In this document: positions 1 to 6,370 of the stretch, piece after piece | Layout of the letters: each line of letters begins with the position of its first letter | Position numbering within the stretch: position 1 is the stretch's first letter | DNA from: an uncultured Erysipelotrichaceae bacterium | GTDB taxonomy: Bacteria; Bacillota_I; Bacilli_A; Erysipelotrichales; Erysipelotrichaceae | Direction of reading: 5' to 3' | Assembly: GCA_964457525.1 (NCBI GenBank) | Contig: CAYWGS010000046.1 | Location: forward strand, 1 to 11,578 | Length of the DNA: 11,578 bases | Made by a program: the position numbers and the translations under genes | The notes under the pieces: generated by a model | What the model saw: the letters and a program-made list of their open reading frames with translations, nothing else | The model's database searches: none | Told to the model about the DNA's origin: nothing

Positions 1-60
1 GGAATCGAACCCACGTAGTCAGCTTGGAAGGCTGAAGTTCTACCATTGAACTACATCCGC
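1..60 (-). tRNA. tRNA-Gly (anticodon UCC), 3' portion cut off by window edge
   Basis: Reverse complement reads GCGGATG-TA-GTTC-AATGGTA-GAAC-T-TCAGC-CTTCCAA-GCTGA...GTGGG-TTCGATT-CC. Acceptor 5' strand, D arm, anticodon loop CUUCCAA (UCC) and T loop are present; the rest of the T stem and acceptor lie beyond position 1. Confidence 0.9.
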
Positions 61-69
61 GGTGGTAAA

Positions 70-145
70 TGGTGACCCGTAAAGGACTCGAACCTTCGAC
101 CCACTGATTAAAAGTCAGTTGCTCTACCACCTGAGCTAACGGGTC
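70..145 (-). tRNA. tRNA-Lys (anticodon UUU)
   Basis: Reverse complement folds as a 76-nt cloverleaf: GACCCGT/ACGGGTC acceptor, GCTC/GAGC D stem, anticodon stem ACTGA/TCAGT with loop CTTTTAA (UUU), T loop TTCGAGT, discriminator A plus encoded CCA. Confidence 0.93.
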
Positions 146-152
146 ACAAATA

Positions 153-228
153 TGGCTGGGGTACCTGGATTCGGACCAGGGAGATGCCAGAGTCAAAGTC
201 TGGTGCCTTACCGCTTGGCTATACCCCA
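153..228 (-). tRNA. tRNA-Gln (anticodon UUG), with atypical T loop
   Basis: Reverse complement starts TGGGGTATAGCCAAGCGGTAAGGCA (typical Gln 5' half). Anticodon stem is CCAGA/TCTGG with loop CTTTGAC (UUG); acceptor TGGGGTA/TACCCCA, then G and CCA. The T arm reads CCTGG-TCCGAAT-CCAGG (C at position 55) and 6 nt separate the anticodon and T stems. Confidence 0.85.
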
Positions 229-236
229 AGATTGAA

Positions 237-321
237 TGGTGGGGGGGGACGGATTCGAACCGCCGAACTCGGAGAGAATTGATTTACAGTCAACCGCGTT
301 TAGCCACTTCGCTACCCCCCC
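237..321 (-). tRNA. tRNA-Tyr (anticodon GUA), class II with long variable arm
   Basis: Reverse complement is GGGGGGG-TA-GCG-AAGTGGCTAAA-CGC..GTTGA-CTGTAAA-TCAAT, then a variable arm, GGCGG-TTCGAAT-CCGTC-CCCCCCC-A-CCA. It is 85 nt and closely resembles Bacillus-type tRNA-Tyr. Confidence 0.93.
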
Positions 322-350
322 AGATAGAACTGGGAGCCAACAAAATAAAA

Positions 351-426
351 TGGTGCCGGCTATAGGACTTGAACCCACAACCTACTGATTACAAATCAGT
401 TGCTCTGCCAATTGAGCTAAGCCGGC
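351..426 (-). tRNA. tRNA-Thr (anticodon UGU)
   Basis: Reverse complement is GCCGGCT-TA-GCTC-AATTGGCA-GAGC-A-ACTGA-TTTGTAA-TCAGT...TTCAAGT...AGCCGGC-A-CCA. This is a 76-nt cloverleaf with anticodon TGT. Confidence 0.93.
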
Positions 427-458
427 ACGTTATTGAACTTGTTGCACTAAGATAAGAA

Positions 459-534
459 TGGTGGAGGCTGAGGGACTCGAACCCCCGACCCTCTGCTTGT
501 AAGGCAGACGCTCTCCCAACTGAGCTAAGCCTCC
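459..534 (-). tRNA. tRNA-Val (anticodon UAC)
   Basis: Reverse complement is GGAGGCT-TA-GCTC-AGTTGGGA-GAGC-G-TCTGC-CTTACAA-GCAGA...GGGGG-TTCGAGT-CCCTC-AGCCTCC-A-CCA; 76 nt. Confidence 0.93.
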
Positions 535-557
535 GTGCTTTTCTCAAGTGCCTTATA

Positions 558-586
558 AATATAACATATGCGTATTTTATCGTCAA
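558..586 (-). promoter_or_regulatory. sigma-A type promoter of the tRNA operon
   Basis: The minus strand reads TTGACG (581-586), a 17-nt spacer, then TATATT (558-563). The -10 ends 23 nt upstream of the tRNA-Val 5' end. Confidence 0.7.
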
Positions 587-641
587 TACAAAAAGCGATT
601 TTTTTCGAATAAAAGTGATGTTTTAATTCAGATGTTTAAAG

Positions 642-650
642 TGCTATAAT
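642..650 (+). promoter_or_regulatory. extended -10 promoter element (TGcTATAAT) for the membrane-protein/alr operon
   Basis: TGCTATAAT lies at 642-650, about 20 nt upstream of the AGGAGA Shine-Dalgarno. The -35 at 17-nt spacing is only a weak TTTAAT (622-627). Confidence 0.5.
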
Positions 651-671
651 AATCAAGATTAGGAGAAAGTT

Positions 672-1091
672 ATGTTTCGTGTGTATAACTCATTTGCATT
701 AAATTCTAAACAAAGATTTTTAAGAGCTTGTCTCTTTGGGATCCCTACTGCACTCGGTTTGGGAATTGCGTATGGAATCCTTTCTCGCTTTATGCCAATT
801 ACTTTTTCGATTGTCTATGTTGGTATTGGATATCTAATTGGATATGTGATTCAAAAGTTTGGTCGAGGTGTACAGCCTAAGTTTTCTTACTTAGCTGCAG
901 GTCTTGCTTTATTGTCCTTTATCTTATCGGATATCGTACGATACTTTGGAATCAACCTTAGTTATGACTTAGTCCAACAAATTCTTGCGATTGTTTCTCA
1001 AGTCTATTTAGGTTCCATTAATGGATTAATCAACTTAGCATTCATTGCTTGGGGTGTTATTATGGCGTATAACACTGCGAGGATCGTATGA
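672..1091 (+). CDS. small multi-pass integral membrane protein, unknown function
   Basis: 139-aa ORF with a strong SD (AGGAGA, 5-nt gap) and four to five hydrophobic helices (e.g. LFGIPTALGLGIAYGIL, ITFSIVYVGIGYLIGYVI, LAAGLALLSFILSDIV, LINLAFIAWGVIMAY). Its stop overlaps the alr start (ATGA). I recognise no family. Confidence 0.7.
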   Translation: MFRVYNSFALNSKQRFLRACLFGIPTALGLGIAYGILSRFMPITFSIVYVGIGYLIGYVIQKFGRGVQPKFSYLAAGLALLSFILSDIVRYFGINLSYDLVQQILAIVSQVYLGSINGLINLAFIAWGVIMAYNTARIV

Positions 1092-2221
1092 GACCTTCTT
1101 ATCGTAAAACCTACGCAACGATTAATTTAGATGCTTTAGAGCATAATGTACGAACTTTATACAATTATCATCAAAAGAATTTAATCGCGGTTATTAAGGC
1201 TAATGCGTATGGACATGGTGATATTATGGTGGCTCGTCATTTAGAGTCATTAGGGATTACAATGTGTGCGGTCGCAACCTTAGATGAAGCCATTAATCTT
1301 CGTTTAAATGGTATAGAGATGGATATCTTATGTATGGGTTATGTTGAGGCAATGGATGTTTCATTAGCTATTGAACATAATATTACTTTAACCCTAGTAT
1401 CCTTGAATTGGATTCAGAAACTACAAGGTTATCAAATAGATGGATTAAGAGTTCATTTAAAGATTGATACTGGTATGAATCGTTTAGGCATTAAAGAAAT
1501 AGATCAAGTCTATGAAGCCTTAGAACTAGCGGATTCACTTAAATGTAATGTAGAAGGTATTTATACGCACTTCGCATCAAGTGATGATCCTATGAGTCCT
1601 CAAACCGCTAAACAATATGAATCTTTCAATACTTTATTAGAATCACTCCATAGAGATTTCAAGTGGATCCACAGCGCTAACAGTGGAGCTGTCGTAAACT
1701 TCCCTACACCGAATTGTAATGCCGTTAGAATTGGTTTATCCCTTTATGGGTATTCTGAGTACCCTGTTGATTTAAAGCCTGTAATGACCTTGTATGCAAG
1801 TTTATTGGATATCAAATCGGTTAAAGCGGGTGAATCCGTTGGTTATGGAGCTAATTATATTGCGTCTAAGGATGAACTCATCGGGACCATCGGAATAGGA
1901 TATGCGGATGGTATCCATCGTGATATTCAAGGTTATCATTGTTCCATTAATGGAATAGATTGTGAATATGTTGGACGTATCTGTATGGATCTCAGTTTAA
2001 TCCGATTAGATAAGAAATATCCGATTGGAACACTTGTAGAAATTATGGGTGATAAAGTTAATCCTAAAGATATCGCTACATATATGGGTACAATCGTCTA
2101 TGAACTACTCGCACAACTTAATGGTCGTATTCCTCGTATTTATCTTCAAAATAATGAAGAGATTGCCTACATTAATCCACGTTATCCATCTCCTACCCCA
2201 ATCTATCACAAAGCCCGCTAA
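1088..2221 (+). CDS. alr: alanine racemase (PLP-dependent)
   Basis: 377 aa with the N-terminal PLP-lysine motif AVIKANAYGHG, typical alr blocks (HLKIDTGMNRLG, YTHFA, RIGLSLYGY, VGYGANY, GRICMD) and typical length. Confidence 0.95.
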   Translation: MRPSYRKTYATINLDALEHNVRTLYNYHQKNLIAVIKANAYGHGDIMVARHLESLGITMCAVATLDEAINLRLNGIEMDILCMGYVEAMDVSLAIEHNITLTLVSLNWIQKLQGYQIDGLRVHLKIDTGMNRLGIKEIDQVYEALELADSLKCNVEGIYTHFASSDDPMSPQTAKQYESFNTLLESLHRDFKWIHSANSGAVVNFPTPNCNAVRIGLSLYGYSEYPVDLKPVMTLYASLLDIKSVKAGESVGYGANYIASKDELIGTIGIGYADGIHRDIQGYHCSINGIDCEYVGRICMDLSLIRLDKKYPIGTLVEIMGDKVNPKDIATYMGTIVYELLAQLNGRIPRIYLQNNEEIAYINPRYPSPTPIYHKAR

Positions 2222-2241
2222 GATATCTCAGCAGGCTTTTT
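2212..2241 (+). terminator. candidate intrinsic terminator for alr, embedded in the 3' end of the convergent DUF5131 CDS
   Basis: AGCCCGC (2212-2218) pairs with GCAGGCT (2231-2237) with one C/A mismatch. The loop is 12 nt and contains the palindrome AGATATCT; a T run follows (2237-2241). The stem spans the alr stop codon. Confidence 0.4.
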
Positions 2242-2955
2242 AAATGTTAAATTGATATTTGCTTTTCTTGCTTGTGATGAAAGTTGATTACGAGGAATTG
2301 AGTAACGTATATGATCTTTAATCATATACGAACCCACTTGTCTAAACACGAAATCCACTTGATGTTTAATACATTCATCTCGAATCGCTAAAACCCAATC
2401 ATAATTCAAATCACGCGCAAACTTACCCGCTTCACCACCAACCGTAACTTGTTCAATCGAATCATTTAAATACTTTTCTAATTGAATAGGCCCAATAAGG
2501 GGTTGGCAGATAATAAACTTGTGTTTAATCGGTAAGGTTATAAAGATAGAGAGTCGCTTATCCGCTTCACTTTGATTCTCCACCGAACAACCGACCATCA
2601 CATGTTGGTAATTCTCTTCAAAGTCATTTGGACACACTTCTTTAAAGCGATGAATCCGTTTGGTTAGAAATAAGAACGTTAAGTCGCTTCTTTCTTTGAT
2701 CATCGCCCAAACTTCATCCCGCCAAGCATCAGCTTCTTCTATCAAAAAATCACTGCTAAAACAAAGGTAAACGAGTTGGTTAGACTTCATCACATACTCG
2801 CCTTTTTTATTTCTTCGCACTAAACGATCAAACTGTTCTGTTTTCACAATACAGTTTGTATCAATCCCTTTTCTTGAATCACCTGAATGGATATAACAGT
2901 TCTTACATCCTTCAGAAATTTTATGGCAACCTCGCCAAGGATTATAAAGTGTCAT
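2218..2955 (-). CDS. DUF5131 / phage Gp37-Gp68 family protein (Cys-motif, possible Fe-S enzyme)
   Basis: 245 aa. The N-terminus NPWRGCHKISEGCKNCY matches the family hallmark NPW-x-GC-xxx-S-x-GC-x-x-CY (Cys10, Cys17, Cys20). It is followed by LCFSSDF and FLFLTKR blocks typical of the family. SD AAGGAAGG lies upstream. Confidence 0.8.
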   Translation of the reverse strand: MTLYNPWRGCHKISEGCKNCYIHSGDSRKGIDTNCIVKTEQFDRLVRRNKKGEYVMKSNQLVYLCFSSDFLIEEADAWRDEVWAMIKERSDLTFLFLTKRIHRFKEVCPNDFEENYQHVMVGCSVENQSEADKRLSIFITLPIKHKFIICQPLIGPIQLEKYLNDSIEQVTVGGEAGKFARDLNYDWVLAIRDECIKHQVDFVFRQVGSYMIKDHIRYSIPRNQLSSQARKANINLTFKKPAEIS

Positions 2956-3517
2956 GGCCTTCCTTTATAAAATTAAAGCGTTTCGCAATCATCTTTGCAC
3001 ATTGTTTAGGACTTAAATAACTATTATCAATCTTGATATAATTCTCAAACGGTATCTCCCCATCACGACTTACAATCCGATAATTCGTAGACGCATGCAT
3101 CACTCTTTGATTCGATGCCTCAATATCCCGTTTTGATGGTTTATGTTTCAAACGATTTTCTGTTGTATTACGCGCTAAACTAATTTCAAGCGGCGCAATC
3201 AACTCCACATAATAAATCTCTGCTCCTTGTTTCTTAAAAATCTCACTGACATGATTAACATAATCCCAATCACTCTGTTGATCAAAGGCCCACATATAGG
3301 TAAAAATAAGCCCTTCATTTTGAGATTCTGCATAAGACTCAAAGATGACTTCTCTTAATTTATTGACGACCGTTGAATCATAGTAACCAAAGACATCAAT
3401 CACCATTTCAATCGTCATATGATTATGAAACAGTCTTAAATCCGTCATCTTCATCAACTCTTGTCCAACCGTCATCTTGCCCACTGCCGCATCCCCAAAA
3501 ATCATAACTAACTTCAT
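2942..3517 (-). CDS. P-loop NTPase, small kinase-like ATP-binding protein
   Basis: 191 aa. N-terminal beta-strand plus Walker A: MKLVMIFGDAAVGKMTVG (Met after the Lys where Ser/Thr is canonical). Size and layout resemble nucleoside/nucleotide-kinase-fold proteins. It overlaps the downstream gene by 14 nt. Confidence 0.75.
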   Translation of the reverse strand: MKLVMIFGDAAVGKMTVGQELMKMTDLRLFHNHMTIEMVIDVFGYYDSTVVNKLREVIFESYAESQNEGLIFTYMWAFDQQSDWDYVNHVSEIFKKQGAEIYYVELIAPLEISLARNTTENRLKHKPSKRDIEASNQRVMHASTNYRIVSRDGEIPFENYIKIDNSYLSPKQCAKMIAKRFNFIKEGHDTL

Positions 3518-3532
3518 AATATCCCCCTACTT

Positions 3533-4414
3533 CTATTTTATTTGTGAAAAGAAACGTTGTGTAAGTTCTTTTTCATCTGAAATAACAAATTTACCTAAAT
3601 GGATCGATGGTTTAGTCTTCCCATGGAAGTCACTGCCTAAAGTCATAATTAAATCATGTTCAAGCGCAAGTTTGTGATAATGGTCTATCGTACTTTGTGA
3701 ATGATAACTACTATAGACTTCGACACCCACTACCCCTTTATCGATAATCTGTTTAAACACATCTACATTTGTTTTAATATTATTGCCGGGATGCGCTAGT
3801 ACCGCAAATCCACCCGCTTGTTTAATCATATCAACGATCTCATCAATTGTTCTAAATTTGATAGGGTAATACGCAATCTTGCCTTGTGCACAATAATCCC
3901 AATAGAAGTTTACTAAAGGATTATCACTTCGAGAACCCCCTTCACGATAGGGTTTCAATAATTCACTCTCCGCATTACGTTCATCTTCTAACGCAACTTC
4001 CGCAATCATTTCACCCGTTATTACGCCATGAATTTGTACTTTATCGAGTGCTTCATCGGATAAATAAAGTCCTATTTCACGGATCTTTTCAACCACAAAC
4101 TTTGAACTATCTCTCTCTTGTGTTAATATCTCTTCTTCATATTCATCAAAGACAGGATGATTTGGATCAATCCCATACCCTAAAACATGTAGATTAATAC
4201 CATTAATATGACAATCGAGTTCGACTGCAGGAATGAGTTCAAGACCACATTGATCCGCTACTGGTTTTCCGATACGAAATGCTTTTGTAGAATTATGATC
4301 CGCAATCGCAATTCTTTTTAATCCTGCATCATGGCACATTTGGACTAACACTTCAGGTGCATAGGTTCCATCATTACTGATACTTGTATGCATATGTAAA
4401 TCAATTTTATTCAT
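3533..4414 (-). CDS. PHP-domain metal-dependent phosphoesterase (TrpH/YciV-like)
   Basis: 293 aa. N-terminal DLHMHTSISNDG and IAIADHN metal-binding motifs, then later HPG and GSDFHG motifs characteristic of the PHP superfamily. Confidence 0.85.
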   Translation of the reverse strand: MNKIDLHMHTSISNDGTYAPEVLVQMCHDAGLKRIAIADHNSTKAFRIGKPVADQCGLELIPAVELDCHINGINLHVLGYGIDPNHPVFDEYEEEILTQERDSSKFVVEKIREIGLYLSDEALDKVQIHGVITGEMIAEVALEDERNAESELLKPYREGGSRSDNPLVNFYWDYCAQGKIAYYPIKFRTIDEIVDMIKQAGGFAVLAHPGNNIKTNVDVFKQIIDKGVVGVEVYSSYHSQSTIDHYHKLALEHDLIMTLGSDFHGKTKPSIHLGKFVISDEKELTQRFFSQIK

Positions 4415-5238
4415 TACTTTCCCTTTCGATTATGTTTCAATATAAATCCCAGTAAACACGTCTTTAAGACGTCTACTTGTTCAAAAATTGTAACATGTCC
4501 ACAATCCGGAATTAAGACAAACTCACTCTGTTTAATGTTCTCATAGATAATACGTGAAAATTTAGGACGTTTAAGCAAATCATCCTCACCACATACGATT
4601 AATGTTGGACATTGTATCTCATGAAGTCGATCAGTAAAATTAACCTCTTGTAAGAATGTATCATATAGACTAATTTGTCCCTTTAAATAATCCTCGCCTA
4701 AACTTGGAATCGCTTTTGCCCTCTGATTCAACGCTTCACGATTCTTTTTTAAATACGAATCCCCATAAATACTTGGCAACATACCCAAGAAGAACGCTTC
4801 TCCGTCCTTGCTTAAACACATCAACTTCCAAGATTCCACAAAACGTCGTAATACTTCATCAATCTCACTAACGCCATCAATTACAGTTAATGATAAAACC
4901 ATTTCTGGATAGGAAATCGCAAACATCATCCCTACTTCAGAACCATACGATGTCCCAATGATATGAATGTTCTTTATGTTCAAGTATTCATACAATGCTT
5001 TTGCCTCTATGCAATGTTCTTCAAAGGTATAAATACCCTCAGGTTTTGAGGAGTATAATTGCCCTTTGAAATCATGTAAAACAACTCGATACCCGAGCTC
5101 TACAAATAGATCCGCTTGTAACTTCCAACTACTCATGGATGCCATAACGCCATTCAAAAACACAATCGCGGTTTCACTTTGAGTATTCCCACAATCTTCA
5201 TAGGCTAGATTAATTTGATTATATGTAAAAATCGACAT
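4414..5238 (-). CDS. alpha/beta-fold hydrolase
   Basis: 274 aa. Oxyanion region FLNG, nucleophile elbow GTSYG, acid in CGEDD and His in PDCGHV, giving the canonical Ser-Asp-His order. SD GGAGG lies 4 nt before the ATG. Confidence 0.85.
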   Translation of the reverse strand: MSIFTYNQINLAYEDCGNTQSETAIVFLNGVMASMSSWKLQADLFVELGYRVVLHDFKGQLYSSKPEGIYTFEEHCIEAKALYEYLNIKNIHIIGTSYGSEVGMMFAISYPEMVLSLTVIDGVSEIDEVLRRFVESWKLMCLSKDGEAFFLGMLPSIYGDSYLKKNREALNQRAKAIPSLGEDYLKGQISLYDTFLQEVNFTDRLHEIQCPTLIVCGEDDLLKRPKFSRIIYENIKQSEFVLIPDCGHVTIFEQVDVLKTCLLGFILKHNRKGK

Positions 5239-5262
5239 AATGCCTCCAAATATCTTTATCTC

Positions 5263-5291
5263 ATTTTACCTTATTTAAGTACATTAAGTAA
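5263..5291 (-). promoter_or_regulatory. candidate promoter of the hydrolase-PHP-P-loop-DUF5131 operon
   Basis: The minus strand reads TTACTT (5286-5291), a 17-nt spacer, then TAAAAT (5263-5268), directly downstream of the ohrR terminator. The -35 is weak. Confidence 0.3.
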
Positions 5292-5316
5292 AAAAGAATC
5301 CATTATTCTGGATTCT
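5290..5316 (-). terminator. rho-independent terminator of the gpx-ohrR operon
   Basis: Minus-strand RNA: AGAAUCCA-GAAUAA-UGGAUUCU followed by UUUUU. The stem is 8 bp perfect and the ohrR stop codon sits in the loop. Confidence 0.7.
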
Positions 5317-5731
5317 TTTCGATAAAACAATCTAAGCGTTTCTTAAGCTCAATCGCATCTTCAATATTCATATTTAAACTCTTAACAATCTTCTGAGGAA
5401 TATCCTTTACCTTTTCCTTAAGCGCATGCCCTTCTTCACTCAGTACGATTGAAATCATACGCTCATCCAGTTGAGAACGTACACGTTTTAGATACCCTTG
5501 ATTCTCTAATTTCTTGATTAAAGGGGTTAAAGTACCTGAATCAAGCATTAAGCGCTCACCCAATTCCTTAACACTAACCCCATCTTTCTCCCATAAGACC
5601 AATAGACAAATGTATTGCGTATAGGTCAAATTAAGGGGATCTAAGAAAGGCTTATACTTACGAATAATCGTTCGTGATGAAGTATAGAGTGAGAAACAGA
5701 GTTGATACTCTAATTTTAATGGATCAAACAT
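5303..5731 (-). CDS. ohrR: MarR-family organic-hydroperoxide-sensing repressor (OhrR type)
   Basis: 142 aa. The N-terminus LKLEYQLCFSLYTSSR..YKPFLDPLNLTYTQY and LDSGTLTPLIKKLENQGYLKR are near-collinear with B. subtilis OhrR, including the sensing Cys in the QLCF context (Cys12). There is an extra C-terminal Cys135. Confidence 0.9.
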   Translation of the reverse strand: MFDPLKLEYQLCFSLYTSSRTIIRKYKPFLDPLNLTYTQYICLLVLWEKDGVSVKELGERLMLDSGTLTPLIKKLENQGYLKRVRSQLDERMISIVLSEEGHALKEKVKDIPQKIVKSLNMNIEDAIELKKRLDCFIEKNPE

Positions 5732-6264
5732 TAGATTAGTTTTTCAATATGTGCTTTGATATCTTCAGGTTTAAAGGTAGGCGCAAAACGAGCCACAACA
5801 TTTCCCTTACGATCCACTAAGAACTTAGTAAAGTTCCATTTGATTGAATCTCCGGTAAAGGTTTGTTTTAAGTCGTTCAACTTCTTCTTAAAGGCATTCG
5901 CTTTCTCATCTTCAAATTCTGCAGGTGCAGCTTTACGTAAGTGTTTAAACAATGGATCCGCATCATCCCCATTCACATTTACTTTCGCAAATGTCTTAAA
6001 GGTTGTACCAAATTTCATTTGGCAGAAAGACGCAAGTTCTTCATCTGTTCCAGGTGCTTGATTCATAAACTGATTACATGGGAAGTCTAGAACCTCAAAT
6101 CCCTTATCTTTGAACTCTTCATACAATGCTTCTAATCCATCGTACTGTGGTGTAAATCCACACCCACTCGCAGTATTCACAATTAATAATACTTTTCCTT
6201 CATAATCCTTTAATGATACATCGTTTTTTTGTACATCTTTTACACTTAATTGATATAAACTCAT
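5731..6264 (-). CDS. gpx: glutathione peroxidase family thiol peroxidase
   Basis: 177 aa with the GPx catalytic motifs NTASGCGFTPQY (peroxidatic Cys), FPCNQF (Gln) and WNFTKFLVDRKG (Trp/Asn). SD AAAGGAGG upstream. The stop overlaps the ohrR start (TAATG). Confidence 0.92.
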   Translation of the reverse strand: MSLYQLSVKDVQKNDVSLKDYEGKVLLIVNTASGCGFTPQYDGLEALYEEFKDKGFEVLDFPCNQFMNQAPGTDEELASFCQMKFGTTFKTFAKVNVNGDDADPLFKHLRKAAPAEFEDEKANAFKKKLNDLKQTFTGDSIKWNFTKFLVDRKGNVVARFAPTFKPEDIKAHIEKLI

Positions 6265-6278
6265 ACAGTCCTCCTTTA

Positions 6279-6300
6279 ATTAGATTGTATACAATCTAAT
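6279..6300. promoter_or_regulatory. perfect 22-bp palindrome, candidate OhrR operator
   Basis: ATTAGATTGTA|TACAATCTAAT: all 11 positions of each arm are complementary. It lies between the -10 and the SD of gpx. The TTGTATACAA core resembles the TACAATT/AATTGTA-type OhrR boxes of Bacillus. Confidence 0.65.
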
Positions 6301-6326
6301 AGTATCATATTTATTTATTCCGTCAA
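6299..6326 (-). promoter_or_regulatory. candidate sigma-A promoter of gpx-ohrR
   Basis: The minus strand reads TTGACG (6321-6326), a 16-nt spacer, then TACTAT (6299-6304). The -10 overlaps the edge of the palindrome. Confidence 0.55.
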
Positions 6327-6340
6327 TCTATTTAAGTAGA

Positions 6341-6370
6341 TTAAATAAGAGTCCTACGCATGAGGACTCT
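6341..6370 (-). terminator. candidate terminator of the CBS-pair gene
   Basis: Minus-strand RNA: AGAGUCCU-CAUGCGU-AGGACUCU followed by UAUUUAA. The stem is 8 bp perfect (6348-6355 / 6363-6370) and spans the stop codon. The U tract is only moderate. Confidence 0.55.

Noticed and set aside
241-321. G8 and C7 homopolymer runs that might look like a repeat or slippage tract
   Set aside because: They are the two strands of the G/C-only acceptor stem of tRNA-Tyr (plus one T-stem base), so the tRNA fold fully explains them.
389-586. 65-aa minus-strand ORF from the ORF track
   Set aside because: It lies entirely across tRNA-Thr, tRNA-Val and their promoter. The peptide is just a translation of tRNA sequence and there is no SD.
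2049-2243. 64-aa plus-strand ORF overlapping the 3' end of alr in another frame
   Set aside because: It lies almost entirely within the well-supported alr CDS, with no SD and no recognisable motifs. It is a shadow ORF.
3477-4197. Plus-strand ORFs 3477..3677 (66 aa) and 3886..4197 (103 aa), antisense to the P-loop and PHP genes
   Set aside because: Their composition is typical of antisense shadows. They have no SD, and the opposite-strand genes carry clear catalytic motifs.
5756-6061. 101-aa plus-strand ORF antisense to gpx
   Set aside because: It is a shadow of a strongly supported GPx CDS, with a Ser/Ala/Phe-rich low-information sequence and no SD.
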